Below, piece by piece: positions 10,119-18,779 of a DNA stretch of 63,667 nucleotides. The notes under the pieces were generated by a model. That model searched no databases and was not told the DNA's origin. It was given only the letters and a program-made list of their open reading frames with translations. Position numbers and translations under genes: made by a program. Position 1 is the stretch's first letter. Each line of letters opens with the position of its first letter. This stretch comes from Bacillota bacterium (GTDB taxonomy: Bacteria > Bacillota > Desulfitobacteriia > Desulfitobacteriales > JAJXUE01): the NCBI GenBank assembly GCA_021811155.1, contig JAJZPO010000005.1, positions 1-63,667 of the forward strand, in the 5' to 3' direction.

Positions 10119-11410
10119 ACTCAGATCTGTCCCACCTGGAAAATGAAATTGTCAAGTGTATCCGCTGCGGCGCTTGCCAAAGCGCCTGTCCGGTTTTCCG
10201 CGAAACCGGCAATGAATCAAGTGTCGCCAGGGGCAAGGTAAGGCTGCTCCGCTCCGCCCTCCAGGGTGAAACTCCGCTCAATCCCGAATTATCTGAGCGC
10301 ATGTCTTTATGCCTGATGTGCAAAGCTTGCACCCCGGTCTGCCCCAGCGGTGTAAAAACCGACCGGTTGGTGGCTGGAGCGAGGTCAGCGGCGGTAGCGC
10401 ATCTGGGCCTTTCCTGGCGGAAGCGTCTTGTCTTCCGCCTCGGCCTGAAACACCGCGGGATTTTCCGGTGGGGACTTAAAATGGGCTCTTTGGGACGAAC
10501 ACTCCTTTTCCGCCCCCATCCTTCCGGCCACGGCGTGTTGCCCCGCCTGCCTTTGGGCATCGGCCGCCGCCGCCTGCTGCAGCCTTTAGCCCCCCACAGC
10601 TTTGCAGATGTCTGGCGGAAGAGCAAGGGGTTCAAAACGGTACCTGCACCCAAAACTGCTGATGCCCGGGTGGCCCTGTTCACCGGCTGTATGGTAAATT
10701 ACATGTATGTAGACACAGGCAAGGCAGTGGTGAGAGTTCTGCGGCGCAACGGGGTAGAGGTCATATACCCGGAGGACCAGCACTGCTGCGGCACCCCTGT
10801 ACGGGTGAACGGAGACCTGGAAACCGCAGTGATGATGGCCAAGCACAACCTGGATGTCCTGTACCGCCTGGACGCTGACTTTATCGTCACACCCTGCGCC
10901 TCTTGCGGCCTGGCCCTGAAGCAGGACTATCCGGAACTCCTTAAAAATACCCCGGAATATGCCGCGAAGGCAGAGGCTGTCTCCGGCAAAACCCGGGATT
11001 TTGCCGAATACATCATAACCCTGCCCCATTGGCAGCAGGGCCTCAATCCGCTGGCAGGTGTAATCACCTACCATGACCCCTGCCATCTGGCCCGCGGCCA
11101 GGGCATCCGCCAGGAACCCCGCTCCCTGCTGCAGGGCATACCTGGAGTGTCATTGGTGGAACTCTCGCCAATAGAACAGTGCTGCGGCAGCGCCGGCAGC
11201 TTCAGCCTGAGCCATCCCGATTTGTCCAGGCGGATCGGTGACCGCCGGATTGACAGCGTCGAGCAGTCAGGCGCCGCCGCGGTTGTTTCGGGCTGTTCAG
11301 CCTGCCTGATGCAGCTCCGGGACGGCATTACCCGCCGCAGTTTGAAGGTGGAGACCCTTCATATTGCAGAACTTCTCGACCGCTCCTACGGAACCGCCGC
11401 TGAACAGTGA
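10115..11410 (+). CDS. Fe-S oxidoreductase subunit, GlcF-like (2x[4Fe-4S] + two CCG domains)
   Basis: CIRCGACQSACP and CLMCKACTPVCP ferredoxin motifs plus CCG-type cysteine clusters (CCGTP, PCASCG, CCGSAG). GTGA overlap with the preceding gene. Confidence 0.85.
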   Translation: MNSDLSHLENEIVKCIRCGACQSACPVFRETGNESSVARGKVRLLRSALQGETPLNPELSERMSLCLMCKACTPVCPSGVKTDRLVAGARSAAVAHLGLSWRKRLVFRLGLKHRGIFRWGLKMGSLGRTLLFRPHPSGHGVLPRLPLGIGRRRLLQPLAPHSFADVWRKSKGFKTVPAPKTADARVALFTGCMVNYMYVDTGKAVVRVLRRNGVEVIYPEDQHCCGTPVRVNGDLETAVMMAKHNLDVLYRLDADFIVTPCASCGLALKQDYPELLKNTPEYAAKAEAVSGKTRDFAEYIITLPHWQQGLNPLAGVITYHDPCHLARGQGIRQEPRSLLQGIPGVSLVELSPIEQCCGSAGSFSLSHPDLSRRIGDRRIDSVEQSGAAAVVSGCSACLMQLRDGITRRSLKVETLHIAELLDRSYGTAAEQ

Positions 11411-11419
11411 TCATGCCAA

Positions 11420-12751
11420 ATGAAAGGGGAATATGCCGTGAAGTACTCCCTGCCATATGGCAAATATTTTCTGGAGTTTTCCCTGCCTGCCGGCTCCAGC
11501 CTCACAACCCTCGAAGCTAATCCCAGCCGTCCCCTGGCCGACATCCGGCAGGCTGTCTCATCTGCCCTGGCCTCCCCTACGGGCACGCTTCCCCTGAAGG
11601 AGCTGGTGCACGCCGGGGAAAAAGTTGTCATTGTCACCAGCGACATCACCCGGCTTTCTTTTCGCACAGATGCTTACTTGCCGGTGATTTTGGATGTCTT
11701 GAACAGCGCCGGCATTCCTGATGCCGATATCAGCGTGGTCATGGCCACCGGCAGCCACAGGGTGCAGACAGCGGAAGAACACCGGTTAATTGTTGGCGAC
11801 GAGGCCTACGGCCGGGTCCGGGTAATAGATCACCGCTGCGATGCCCCTGACCTGGCGCCTGCAGGCGTTACTTCCCGGGGCACGGAGATAACTGTCAACC
11901 GCTGGGTGGCCGAAGCCGACCGGCTTATAGTTACAGGGGGTGTCAGCTACCATCTCCTGGCCGGTTTTGGCGGCGGCCGCAAAAGCCTGGTACCGGGGGT
12001 TTGCAGTTGCCGCGGCATTCAGCAGAATCACTCCCTGGCGCTCACACCCCAGGGAGTCCACCCCATGGTCTCAACCGGAGTCATGGACGGAAACCCGGCC
12101 GCAGAAGACATGCTGGAAGGGGCCAGGCTGCTGGAACCTGACTTCCTGGTAAACGTGGTGGTTAACGAGCGCCAGGAAATCGTCAGCGTTGTGGCCGGTG
12201 AACTTGAAGCTGCCTTTCTGGCAGGCTGCCGGGTGGTGGAAGAAACTTTCGGTGTCAAAATCCCGTCTCAGGCCGACCTGGTAATCGCCAGCTGCGGCGG
12301 CTACCCGAAGGACATCCAATTGTACCAAGCCATCAAGGGGCTGGATAACGCCGCCTACGCGGTTCGGCCCGATGCTCCTATCCTTCTTTTGGCCGAATGC
12401 TCCGACGGACTGGGCTCCCGCGACTTCTTGCGCTGGTTCGATTACGGCGGACCTGCTGCGATTCAACAGGTCCTGGAGCAGGAATTTACCATGCCCGGGT
12501 TTGTGGCGCTGCGCACCGCTGAGATTTTGGCCGGACATCCGGTCTACCTTCTTTCCGGCCTGGAAGCTGACACAGCGGAACGTTTGGGCATGCGGCCGGT
12601 CCGGAGGTTGGATCAGGCCCTGGACCACATTTTCAACAGCCCTGCTCTTGGCGGAGAGATTCGGGACATATTGCTGATGCCCCATGCATCCCTGACTTTT
12701 CCCATCCTCGCTTCCGTCCCCACCCCAGCCCGAGGCGAAAAGCCGTCCTAA
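11420..12751 (+). CDS. LarA-like (nickel-pincer dependent lactate racemase family, DUF2088) protein
   Basis: 443 aa with LarA N-domain signatures (SDITR, ATGSHR) and LarA-like length. Alternative start at GTG 11438, which has an AAAGGGGA RBS. Confidence 0.7.
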   Translation: MKGEYAVKYSLPYGKYFLEFSLPAGSSLTTLEANPSRPLADIRQAVSSALASPTGTLPLKELVHAGEKVVIVTSDITRLSFRTDAYLPVILDVLNSAGIPDADISVVMATGSHRVQTAEEHRLIVGDEAYGRVRVIDHRCDAPDLAPAGVTSRGTEITVNRWVAEADRLIVTGGVSYHLLAGFGGGRKSLVPGVCSCRGIQQNHSLALTPQGVHPMVSTGVMDGNPAAEDMLEGARLLEPDFLVNVVVNERQEIVSVVAGELEAAFLAGCRVVEETFGVKIPSQADLVIASCGGYPKDIQLYQAIKGLDNAAYAVRPDAPILLLAECSDGLGSRDFLRWFDYGGPAAIQQVLEQEFTMPGFVALRTAEILAGHPVYLLSGLEADTAERLGMRPVRRLDQALDHIFNSPALGGEIRDILLMPHASLTFPILASVPTPARGEKPS

Positions 12752-12756
12752 CCGGA

Positions 12757-13668
12757 TCACAAAGCCTTTTTTACGTCCATTCTCCTGCTTGTCTTGGACA
12801 ATTGAACCAAGAGGACCCCACTCAAAACAATAACCGCAGAAATTAACACATTGAAAGAAACCGGCTCTCCCAGAATAACCGCTCCCAGAAAAACTCCGAC
12901 GAGAGGATTAATGTAAGCATATGTGCCGGCTTTGGAGGCAGGCCACTTTTGCAAAACATATATAAACGAGCTGTAACCAAGCAGGGAACCAAAGAGAATT
13001 AAATAGAGCATGGCCCCTACACCTCTAACCGTCCACTGTACCAGCGCAGCTTCTCCTAGAAAAAGTCCCGCACTGATCAAGCCAATCCCCCCGCTCAACA
13101 TTTGGATCCCGATATTCATTACGGTCGAACCGGCTGTCTTAAACCTTTGGGAATAAACTGAGCCGACAGACCAAAAAAGCGCCGCAAGTAACACTAACAG
13201 CACACCCGAAACATCGACCGCTTTTGTACCGGAATCCATCATTACCAAGAGCGCAACTCCGCCAAACCCCAAAAACAAACCAAGCCAGCCCGGAAGGCTA
13301 ATTCTTGGGCCATTAAGCAGGAACAACTCCAGAACCGCATTAAACAGCGGAACAATAGCAAATAGCAGTGAGGCTATGCCTGAGTAGACCCATTGCTCCG
13401 CCCAAACCAATAACCCGTTGCCTCCTAACAACAAAAGCAATCCTATGATCGATTGTCTTTTAATATCTGTGAACGACTGAGGAAGCCTCTCCCCTTTGGT
13501 ATAAGCAAACAACAACATGATTGCTCCCGCAACCAAAAACCTGATACCAGCGAATAATTCCGGTGGAAATGCGCTTACCCCAATCCGGATAGCCAGATAA
13601 GTCGACCCCCAGATAATACAGACTGCGATATAAGCTAAAATAACCTTGATTTCTTCTTTCTTCGTCAC
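12757..13668 (-). CDS. EamA/DMT-family transporter
   Basis: 303 aa, about 10 predicted TM helices, two EamA-like halves. GTG start. Confidence 0.8.
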   Translation of the reverse strand: MTKKEEIKVILAYIAVCIIWGSTYLAIRIGVSAFPPELFAGIRFLVAGAIMLLFAYTKGERLPQSFTDIKRQSIIGLLLLLGGNGLLVWAEQWVYSGIASLLFAIVPLFNAVLELFLLNGPRISLPGWLGLFLGFGGVALLVMMDSGTKAVDVSGVLLVLLAALFWSVGSVYSQRFKTAGSTVMNIGIQMLSGGIGLISAGLFLGEAALVQWTVRGVGAMLYLILFGSLLGYSSFIYVLQKWPASKAGTYAYINPLVGVFLGAVILGEPVSFNVLISAVIVLSGVLLVQLSKTSRRMDVKKAL

Positions 13669-13811
13669 TTTTACTCCAAGCCTCTTTCTTCATCCTCATC
13701 TGAGACTCCCACTTCTATAAGTGGGAGTGGTTACGGTAAATCATGACTTTGAAACTTGCGTCTCCCTGGAACCTGGCTGTCATTATGAAGCTGCCGCACA
13801 CGAAAAAGATG

Positions 13812-13850
13812 TTGAAGAAACGACACCCCTTCCGGACACCGGAAGGGGTG
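13812..13850 (-). terminator. intrinsic terminator after the M20 gene
   Basis: Perfect 12-bp stem CACCCCTTCCGG-aca-CCGGAAGGGGTG, followed on the minus strand by TCGTTTCTTC. Confidence 0.6.
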
Positions 13851-13855
13851 CTGAT

Positions 13856-15022
13856 TTAATGGGCGGCGCTGAATTCCCTTTTTATCTTGTGCAGCAGTCT
13901 TGTATCCGTCAAAACATCCACTACCGTCAGGGCCAGGGCCTTGGCCGCCAGGACTGCCAGCCGGCCGCCCTCCTCGGAAAGCGCCACAGTCGCGAATTCC
14001 CGGGTATGTGGAATAGCCAGGCCATCTCCCAGCACCAGGTAGGGGTGAATAGCCGGAACCACCCTGCTCACGTTCCCCATATCCACAGAACCCATGGCGG
14101 TCTGGACGGGAATGATTTTGGCAACCCCCAGGAAGCGCAGGTTTTTGGTAAATATATCAGCCAGAGTCCGGTTGGAGCACATTTCGTCATAGGACAGTTC
14201 GAACTTGCGCCAGGTAACCTGGGCGCCAATCATGCCGGCAGCCCCCTGGGCACAACCGATTACTTTCTCCCGCAATTCATCCAGGTCCCGCCTTTTGGCC
14301 GCCCGCAGGTATAGCCTGGCCACAGCCCGTTCGGGAATGATGTTGGGCGTTATGCCGCCTTCCGTGATGATCCCGCTAACCCGGGCATCTTCCGGCAACT
14401 GCTTTTTCAGCGAATTTAACCCTACAAAAAAGTTCAGCACTGCGTCAAGAGCATTAATGCCGCACTGAGCAGCAGATGCCGCGTGGGCCGCCCTGCCCAC
14501 AAAGATAAATTCCAAGGCATCCAGGGCCAGAGTGGCCACCTCGGACACGTTCTGGCTGCCGGGGTGAAACATCAAGGTGGCGTCGAGGTCGTCAAAATAG
14601 CCCTTTTCCGCCAGGGTCACCTTGCCTCCACTGGTTTCTTCCGCCGGAGTACCCATCACTACTACCGTACCCGGCAGGTTGGCCAGCCTGGCCAGGGCTG
14701 CCGCTGCCCCAACACTGGCAGCGGCTATCAGGTTATGTCCGCACCCGTGCCCTACCCCGGGCAAGGCGTCATATTCGGCCAGGAGTGCAACACTTGGGCC
14801 TGCGTGGCCCCGGCCAAGCTTAGCCTTAAAGGCGGTCGCCAAGCCGCCGATTCCCACGTCCACTGAGAATCCCTGTTCCTGCATAAACCCGGTGAGAACC
14901 CCGGCTGCATAATGTTCCTGGTGTCCAAGTTCCGGGTTTCTGCCGATCAAAGTGGCAATGCGGTAAATCTCAGGCTTTAGCTCGTTAACAAGTTTACAAA
15001 CCTGTTCCTTCCCCACGCCCAT
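13856..15022 (-). CDS. M20-family amidohydrolase/peptidase (AbgB-like)
   Basis: 388 aa with metal-binding motif GHGCGHNLI and GTPAEE. Only 10 nt separate it from the anti-sigma gene. Confidence 0.8.
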   Translation of the reverse strand: MGVGKEQVCKLVNELKPEIYRIATLIGRNPELGHQEHYAAGVLTGFMQEQGFSVDVGIGGLATAFKAKLGRGHAGPSVALLAEYDALPGVGHGCGHNLIAAASVGAAAALARLANLPGTVVVMGTPAEETSGGKVTLAEKGYFDDLDATLMFHPGSQNVSEVATLALDALEFIFVGRAAHAASAAQCGINALDAVLNFFVGLNSLKKQLPEDARVSGIITEGGITPNIIPERAVARLYLRAAKRRDLDELREKVIGCAQGAAGMIGAQVTWRKFELSYDEMCSNRTLADIFTKNLRFLGVAKIIPVQTAMGSVDMGNVSRVVPAIHPYLVLGDGLAIPHTREFATVALSEEGGRLAVLAAKALALTVVDVLTDTRLLHKIKREFSAAH

Positions 15023-15032
15023 TTGTTTTCAC

Positions 15033-15623
15033 CTATTTCTTATATCCTATCAGCCTCTGCACATCATCAACAATTTCCCGGGCCATAAGCCAACCGAAAA
15101 AGCCGACCGCAGCGAGGGCAGCCCACCCACTGGAATTACCGGCAACGGAATTCACCGCCATGCTCAGGGCTTTGCCTCTGTCATCCAGACCGGCCAGCCA
15201 ATCTGCCAGGCTGGAGAATCCGCCTGGATTCAGGAGTACAATCCGGGTCCAGAGCCAAGCCGGTGCATTGCCAAGAGCGTTCTCCAATCCCTGCCAGAAC
15301 AGGGCTGCGAGAAGCGCCAATCCTGTCAGTCCCAGAACTGACACTCCCCAGCCCAGATAACGTGCCATTCGATGCCGGCGCTCGATTTCCAGTTCTTCCG
15401 GCGTCCGTTCCAATTCCAATGCTCTCATGACCCCTGCCAGGAAACCGGGGTCAGGCTCAGGGCCATCCGCGGGAGTGAGCAGGCCAAACAATCTCTTTAA
15501 TTGCCTGAATTCCTGCCGGCAGGAAGAACAGCCAAGCAGATGTTCCTCAACCAGGGTCTTCTCGGCCGCATCAGCCTTACCGTCTAGATACAGCCCCAAC
15601 AGGGGTTTTGGACATTTCGCCAC
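15033..15623 (-). CDS. anti-sigma factor (zf-HC2 type, membrane anchored)
   Basis: N-terminal LDGKADAAEKTLVEEHLLGCSSC (H-x3-C-x2-C) with hydrophobic C-terminal helices. GTG start with GGAGGAAG RBS. Overlaps the sigma gene by 47 nt. Confidence 0.75.
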   Translation of the reverse strand: MAKCPKPLLGLYLDGKADAAEKTLVEEHLLGCSSCRQEFRQLKRLFGLLTPADGPEPDPGFLAGVMRALELERTPEELEIERRHRMARYLGWGVSVLGLTGLALLAALFWQGLENALGNAPAWLWTRIVLLNPGGFSSLADWLAGLDDRGKALSMAVNSVAGNSSGWAALAAVGFFGWLMAREIVDDVQRLIGYKK

Positions 15624-16185
15624 GTTCTTCCTCCCCTTCCAGTGAGATTATCTGCTTGCGCAGGGCTTCCCTGGCCCTAAACAGATGGGTCTTAACTGAA
15701 CTGACCGGTATGCCCAAAGTCTGGGCGATTTCTTCGTAAGAAAGCTCCTGCATATGACGCAGCAGCAAGACACTTTTGAATTTGGCTGGCAGGGCATCAA
15801 TTGCTGTTTGTACCTGCTGGCTGGTTTCCTGTTTCTCCAGCTCCTTGAGCGGGTCCATGCCGCCCGCCACCTGCCGTTCGCCGCCATCCGGCAATGGTTC
15901 GTCCAGGGAAACGTTGTTACGTCCTTTACGGCGCAGGGCGTCGATACACAGGTTGTTGGCGATGGAATAAAGCCAGGGGGAAAACCTGCTGTTCTCCTTG
16001 AATCTGGCCAAGGCCCGATAAGCTTTCAAAAAGGCCTCCTGCGCGATATCCCGGGCATCCTCGCGGTTGCCCACCATCCTGTAGGCCATGGCAAAAATCG
16101 GTTTTTGGTAGCGGCGCACAAGTTCGGCAAAGGCTTCCTTGTCCCCGCGTGCAGCCTTGAAGGCTAATTCTTCATCGCTGAACAT
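15577..16185 (-). CDS. ECF-type RNA polymerase sigma factor (sigma-70 group 4)
   Basis: Region 2 (DIAQEAFLKAYRAL) and region 4 (LSYEEIAQTLGIPVSSVKTHLFRAR) are recognisable. Confidence 0.9.
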   Translation of the reverse strand: MFSDEELAFKAARGDKEAFAELVRRYQKPIFAMAYRMVGNREDARDIAQEAFLKAYRALARFKENSRFSPWLYSIANNLCIDALRRKGRNNVSLDEPLPDGGERQVAGGMDPLKELEKQETSQQVQTAIDALPAKFKSVLLLRHMQELSYEEIAQTLGIPVSSVKTHLFRAREALRKQIISLEGEEERGEMSKTPVGAVSRR

Positions 16186-16235
16186 CTGTCCTCCCTGTTA
16201 CAGGGAATATTTCATGCAACCTCTCTGTCAGTAAT

Positions 16236-16260
16236 TACGCCCGAGCCTCTAAAATGTTTC
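16236..16260 (-). promoter_or_regulatory. ECF (SigW-like) autoregulatory promoter
   Basis: The minus strand reads GAAAC-16 nt-CGTA, matching the TGAAAC-N16-CGTA consensus of SigW-type ECF promoters. It lies about 50 nt upstream of the sigma gene. Confidence 0.55.
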
Positions 16261-16272
16261 GGTAAAAATTTA

Positions 16273-17133
16273 TCAGACATTGCCCGGATGCACGTATTTC
16301 AGATATTGCCTGGCCTCACGCAAAGCCCGGTTCATGCTTTGCCTCGGTGTAGGAGGTAAGTCCATTTTATAGTTTGGAAAATACCGGGTCAAGTGCAAAG
16401 GTATATCAGGCTTGATTTCCGCCAAAAATTTGGCCAGGGCCCCGATCTCCTTCGCCGTATCATTTTTGCCGGGAATCAACAGGGTGGTGACCTCCAGGTG
16501 ACAGTATCCCGCCATGAGCCGGGCATTATCCAGGACATGGGACAGGAAACCGCCGCACATCTGACGGTAAAAATCGTCCGTATAGGACTTAATGTCAAGA
16601 TTGATAGCATCGATGTAGGGCAGAAGCTCTTGCAGCGGCTCTTTTTCCAGATAGCCGTTAGTTACCAGCACATTGCTGAGCCCGTTTTGTTTTACTCTCC
16701 GGGCGCTGTCCAGGACATACTCATACCAAATGACCGGTTCGGAGTAGGTATAGGCTACCCCAATGCAATCAGGGTGGGAACTTGCATACCGCAGCGCCAA
16801 TTCAGCCAATTCCTCCGGGCTGACTTCCCGGGTATCTGGCTTCTGCTGCGAAATTGACCAGTTTTGGCAGTAGCTGCAGCGAAAGTTGCAGCCGAAGGAG
16901 CCCACGGACAGAACAGAACTGCCCGGCTGAAAGTGCCGAAGGGATTTCTTTTCGATAGGGTCCAGGGCTATGCTCGAAACCTGGCCATAGTTAAGGCTGT
17001 AAAGCTTCCCCTGCAGGTTCTGCCGGGCCTGGCAGATGCCAAGCTGACCTTCCCCCAGCCGGCAGCGGTGGGGGCAGAGGCAGCACACCACCCTTCCCTC
17101 GCCCTTCTGCTCAAAATACATAGCTTCATGCAC
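16273..17133 (-). CDS. AmmeMemoRadiSam-system radical SAM enzyme
   Basis: CNFRCSYCQNW radical-SAM cluster, N-terminal CxxCPHxC motif (CCLCPHRC), PflA-activase-like fold. Start uncertain: GTG 17133 (GGGGAGG RBS), ATG 17121 or ATG 17199. Confidence 0.8.
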   Translation of the reverse strand: MHEAMYFEQKGEGRVVCCLCPHRCRLGEGQLGICQARQNLQGKLYSLNYGQVSSIALDPIEKKSLRHFQPGSSVLSVGSFGCNFRCSYCQNWSISQQKPDTREVSPEELAELALRYASSHPDCIGVAYTYSEPVIWYEYVLDSARRVKQNGLSNVLVTNGYLEKEPLQELLPYIDAINLDIKSYTDDFYRQMCGGFLSHVLDNARLMAGYCHLEVTTLLIPGKNDTAKEIGALAKFLAEIKPDIPLHLTRYFPNYKMDLPPTPRQSMNRALREARQYLKYVHPGNV

Positions 17134-17323
17134 CCAGAGGACCTCCCCAGCCACAAAAAATGCTTGAATAAATAGGGTCCCCACAAAATCGTTGCTCATT
17201 AGTCCACCCCAGGATTTCTTACGGAAAACGCTGCTTAGGAGACATTACTGCTTCAGGGAGGGTGAACATTTCTGGAGCAAATTTTCACCTGGTTCATGGA
17301 AGTCAGAGCCGCCGTGCTGACCG

Positions 17324-18766
17324 TCAGCCAAGGAATACACATGTAGGCGGCGGAGTTGAATAGTATCTCTTCACTTCAAACCTGCTCAACTCCACAGGCT
17401 CATCTGGCCCAATGCCGGCTTTCTGCCTCACAATCCGCAGCTGCTCTTCAACGCTGTCAACACCCTCGAGGTTCGGCAGCAGAAGACCCGAACGGCGTCC
17501 ACGCCGGACAATCACTCCATAGAGCTTAGGGTCTAGATCCGCCTCGCTGTCAATCGGTTCTTCCTCGCCGAGGATATCGACTGAACAGGTCAACTCAGGC
17601 AGCTCCTCCAGTTCTATAGGGAAAAAACGGGGATCCTCTGTCCCGGCGCTTACGGCATTGTGGATCACTTCCCGGGCCAGATCGGGCTGGGTTGCGGCTA
17701 TGGTACCGATGCAGCCCCGCAGCTCACCATGCTTTTTCAGAGACACAAACACCCCGGCCCGTTGCGGCAGGTCCCCCGTGAGGGGTGGATACTCATCCAG
17801 GTACTCTCCCGTGCGCAGGTAATGTTCCAGGCTGGCCATAGCCAAGGCTGTTACAGGATGCTGGCCCAGCCTTGCCCCTGCTGCCCGCTTGCGGCGCAGG
17901 TTCCGGAAATCCTCAACCAGTTTGCCCTGGACTCCGCTTTTCCCCTTGGGCGCAAGGCCGGCAACCAGATAGCCAACTCCGAAGGGGCCTTCATAGCTGT
18001 ACACCCGGCTCTCAACATCATAGCCGTCAATTGCCCCAAGCAAAATATTCAGAGGGCGGTAGCCGCATTCCCCCGCCGCTTCGAGCAGGGAAGGTTCCAA
18101 ATCCAGAATGCGGATGAAATCCCTTTCCTTCAGGGCCTGGTAAACAGCCTGGTCGAATTCCCGGCCGCGCAGGTTGTACCCGGCGGGCGCCTCGGGTGTC
18201 AGGCGGTGGGAGAGATCCCCGCTGGCCACAACCGCCACCCTGCCCGGGCCGGCTTCCACCGCCTGCTGTATGGCCATGCCAAAGTCATACAGCTCAGAGG
18301 GTTGGAACCAGGCCATGCCCATGACCACCACTTTTCCCTTAAAACCGGCCCGGCTGAAGTATTCCAGCGGTACCATGACGCCGTGATCCAGCTCCAGTTT
18401 GACTCTGTAGCGGCGTGCCTCAGCCCTGTCCGCAACAGCGGCAAAAATTCCCTTTTTCCCGGCCGCACCGGCAATTCTCCCAGCCAGGTCTGTGTCGTTA
18501 GCATACTCCAGCTGGAGTTGCGGCGCCCCGAATGCTTTAAAATCCCCTTTTAGTTTTTCCTCGCCGAGGATAACAATACCATCCTGAAAAACCGGACCGT
18601 GAGGGGATATGAAAACGATGGTGTCCGGAGCCTCAGCCACCAAATCCCGGGCCAGTTCCTCCAAACCGGCAATGGTTTTTGCCGCCTTGATTCTCTCCCT
18701 GCCGCCAACCTCTTCAATAATTATCGGAGGATGGGGCGCCAAAGCCCCCAGAACAAAATTTCCCAT
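17324..18766 (-). CDS. fusion protein: LigB/Memo-like class-III extradiol dioxygenase domain + AMMECR1 domain
   Basis: N-half: ALAPHPPIII, SPHGP, LDHGVMVP, SGDLSHRL. C-half: GVFVSLKKHGELRGCIGT (AMMECR1). Start at ATG 18766 with AAGGGGGG RBS. The longest ORF starts at 18853. Confidence 0.8.
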   Translation of the reverse strand: MGNFVLGALAPHPPIIIEEVGGRERIKAAKTIAGLEELARDLVAEAPDTIVFISPHGPVFQDGIVILGEEKLKGDFKAFGAPQLQLEYANDTDLAGRIAGAAGKKGIFAAVADRAEARRYRVKLELDHGVMVPLEYFSRAGFKGKVVVMGMAWFQPSELYDFGMAIQQAVEAGPGRVAVVASGDLSHRLTPEAPAGYNLRGREFDQAVYQALKERDFIRILDLEPSLLEAAGECGYRPLNILLGAIDGYDVESRVYSYEGPFGVGYLVAGLAPKGKSGVQGKLVEDFRNLRRKRAAGARLGQHPVTALAMASLEHYLRTGEYLDEYPPLTGDLPQRAGVFVSLKKHGELRGCIGTIAATQPDLAREVIHNAVSAGTEDPRFFPIELEELPELTCSVDILGEEEPIDSEADLDPKLYGVIVRRGRRSGLLLPNLEGVDSVEEQLRIVRQKAGIGPDEPVELSRFEVKRYYSTPPPTCVFLG

Positions 18767-18779
18767 CAGGCACCCCCCC

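Noticed and set aside
13669-13811. A riboswitch (for example the guanidine/ykkC type) upstream of the EamA transporter
   Set aside because: The conserved ykkC, ZTP, preQ1 or other core sequences I can recall are not present. Only a simple hairpin is seen. It is kept as a low-interest structural note.
15577-15623. The 47-nt overlap of the ECF sigma and anti-sigma genes as a sign of frameshifting or fusion
   Set aside because: Both frames have their own plausible start and stop, the anti-sigma start has a GGAGGAAG RBS, and the sigma tail beyond region 4 is unconserved-looking. An ordinary overlap or a slightly misjudged stop or start is sufficient.
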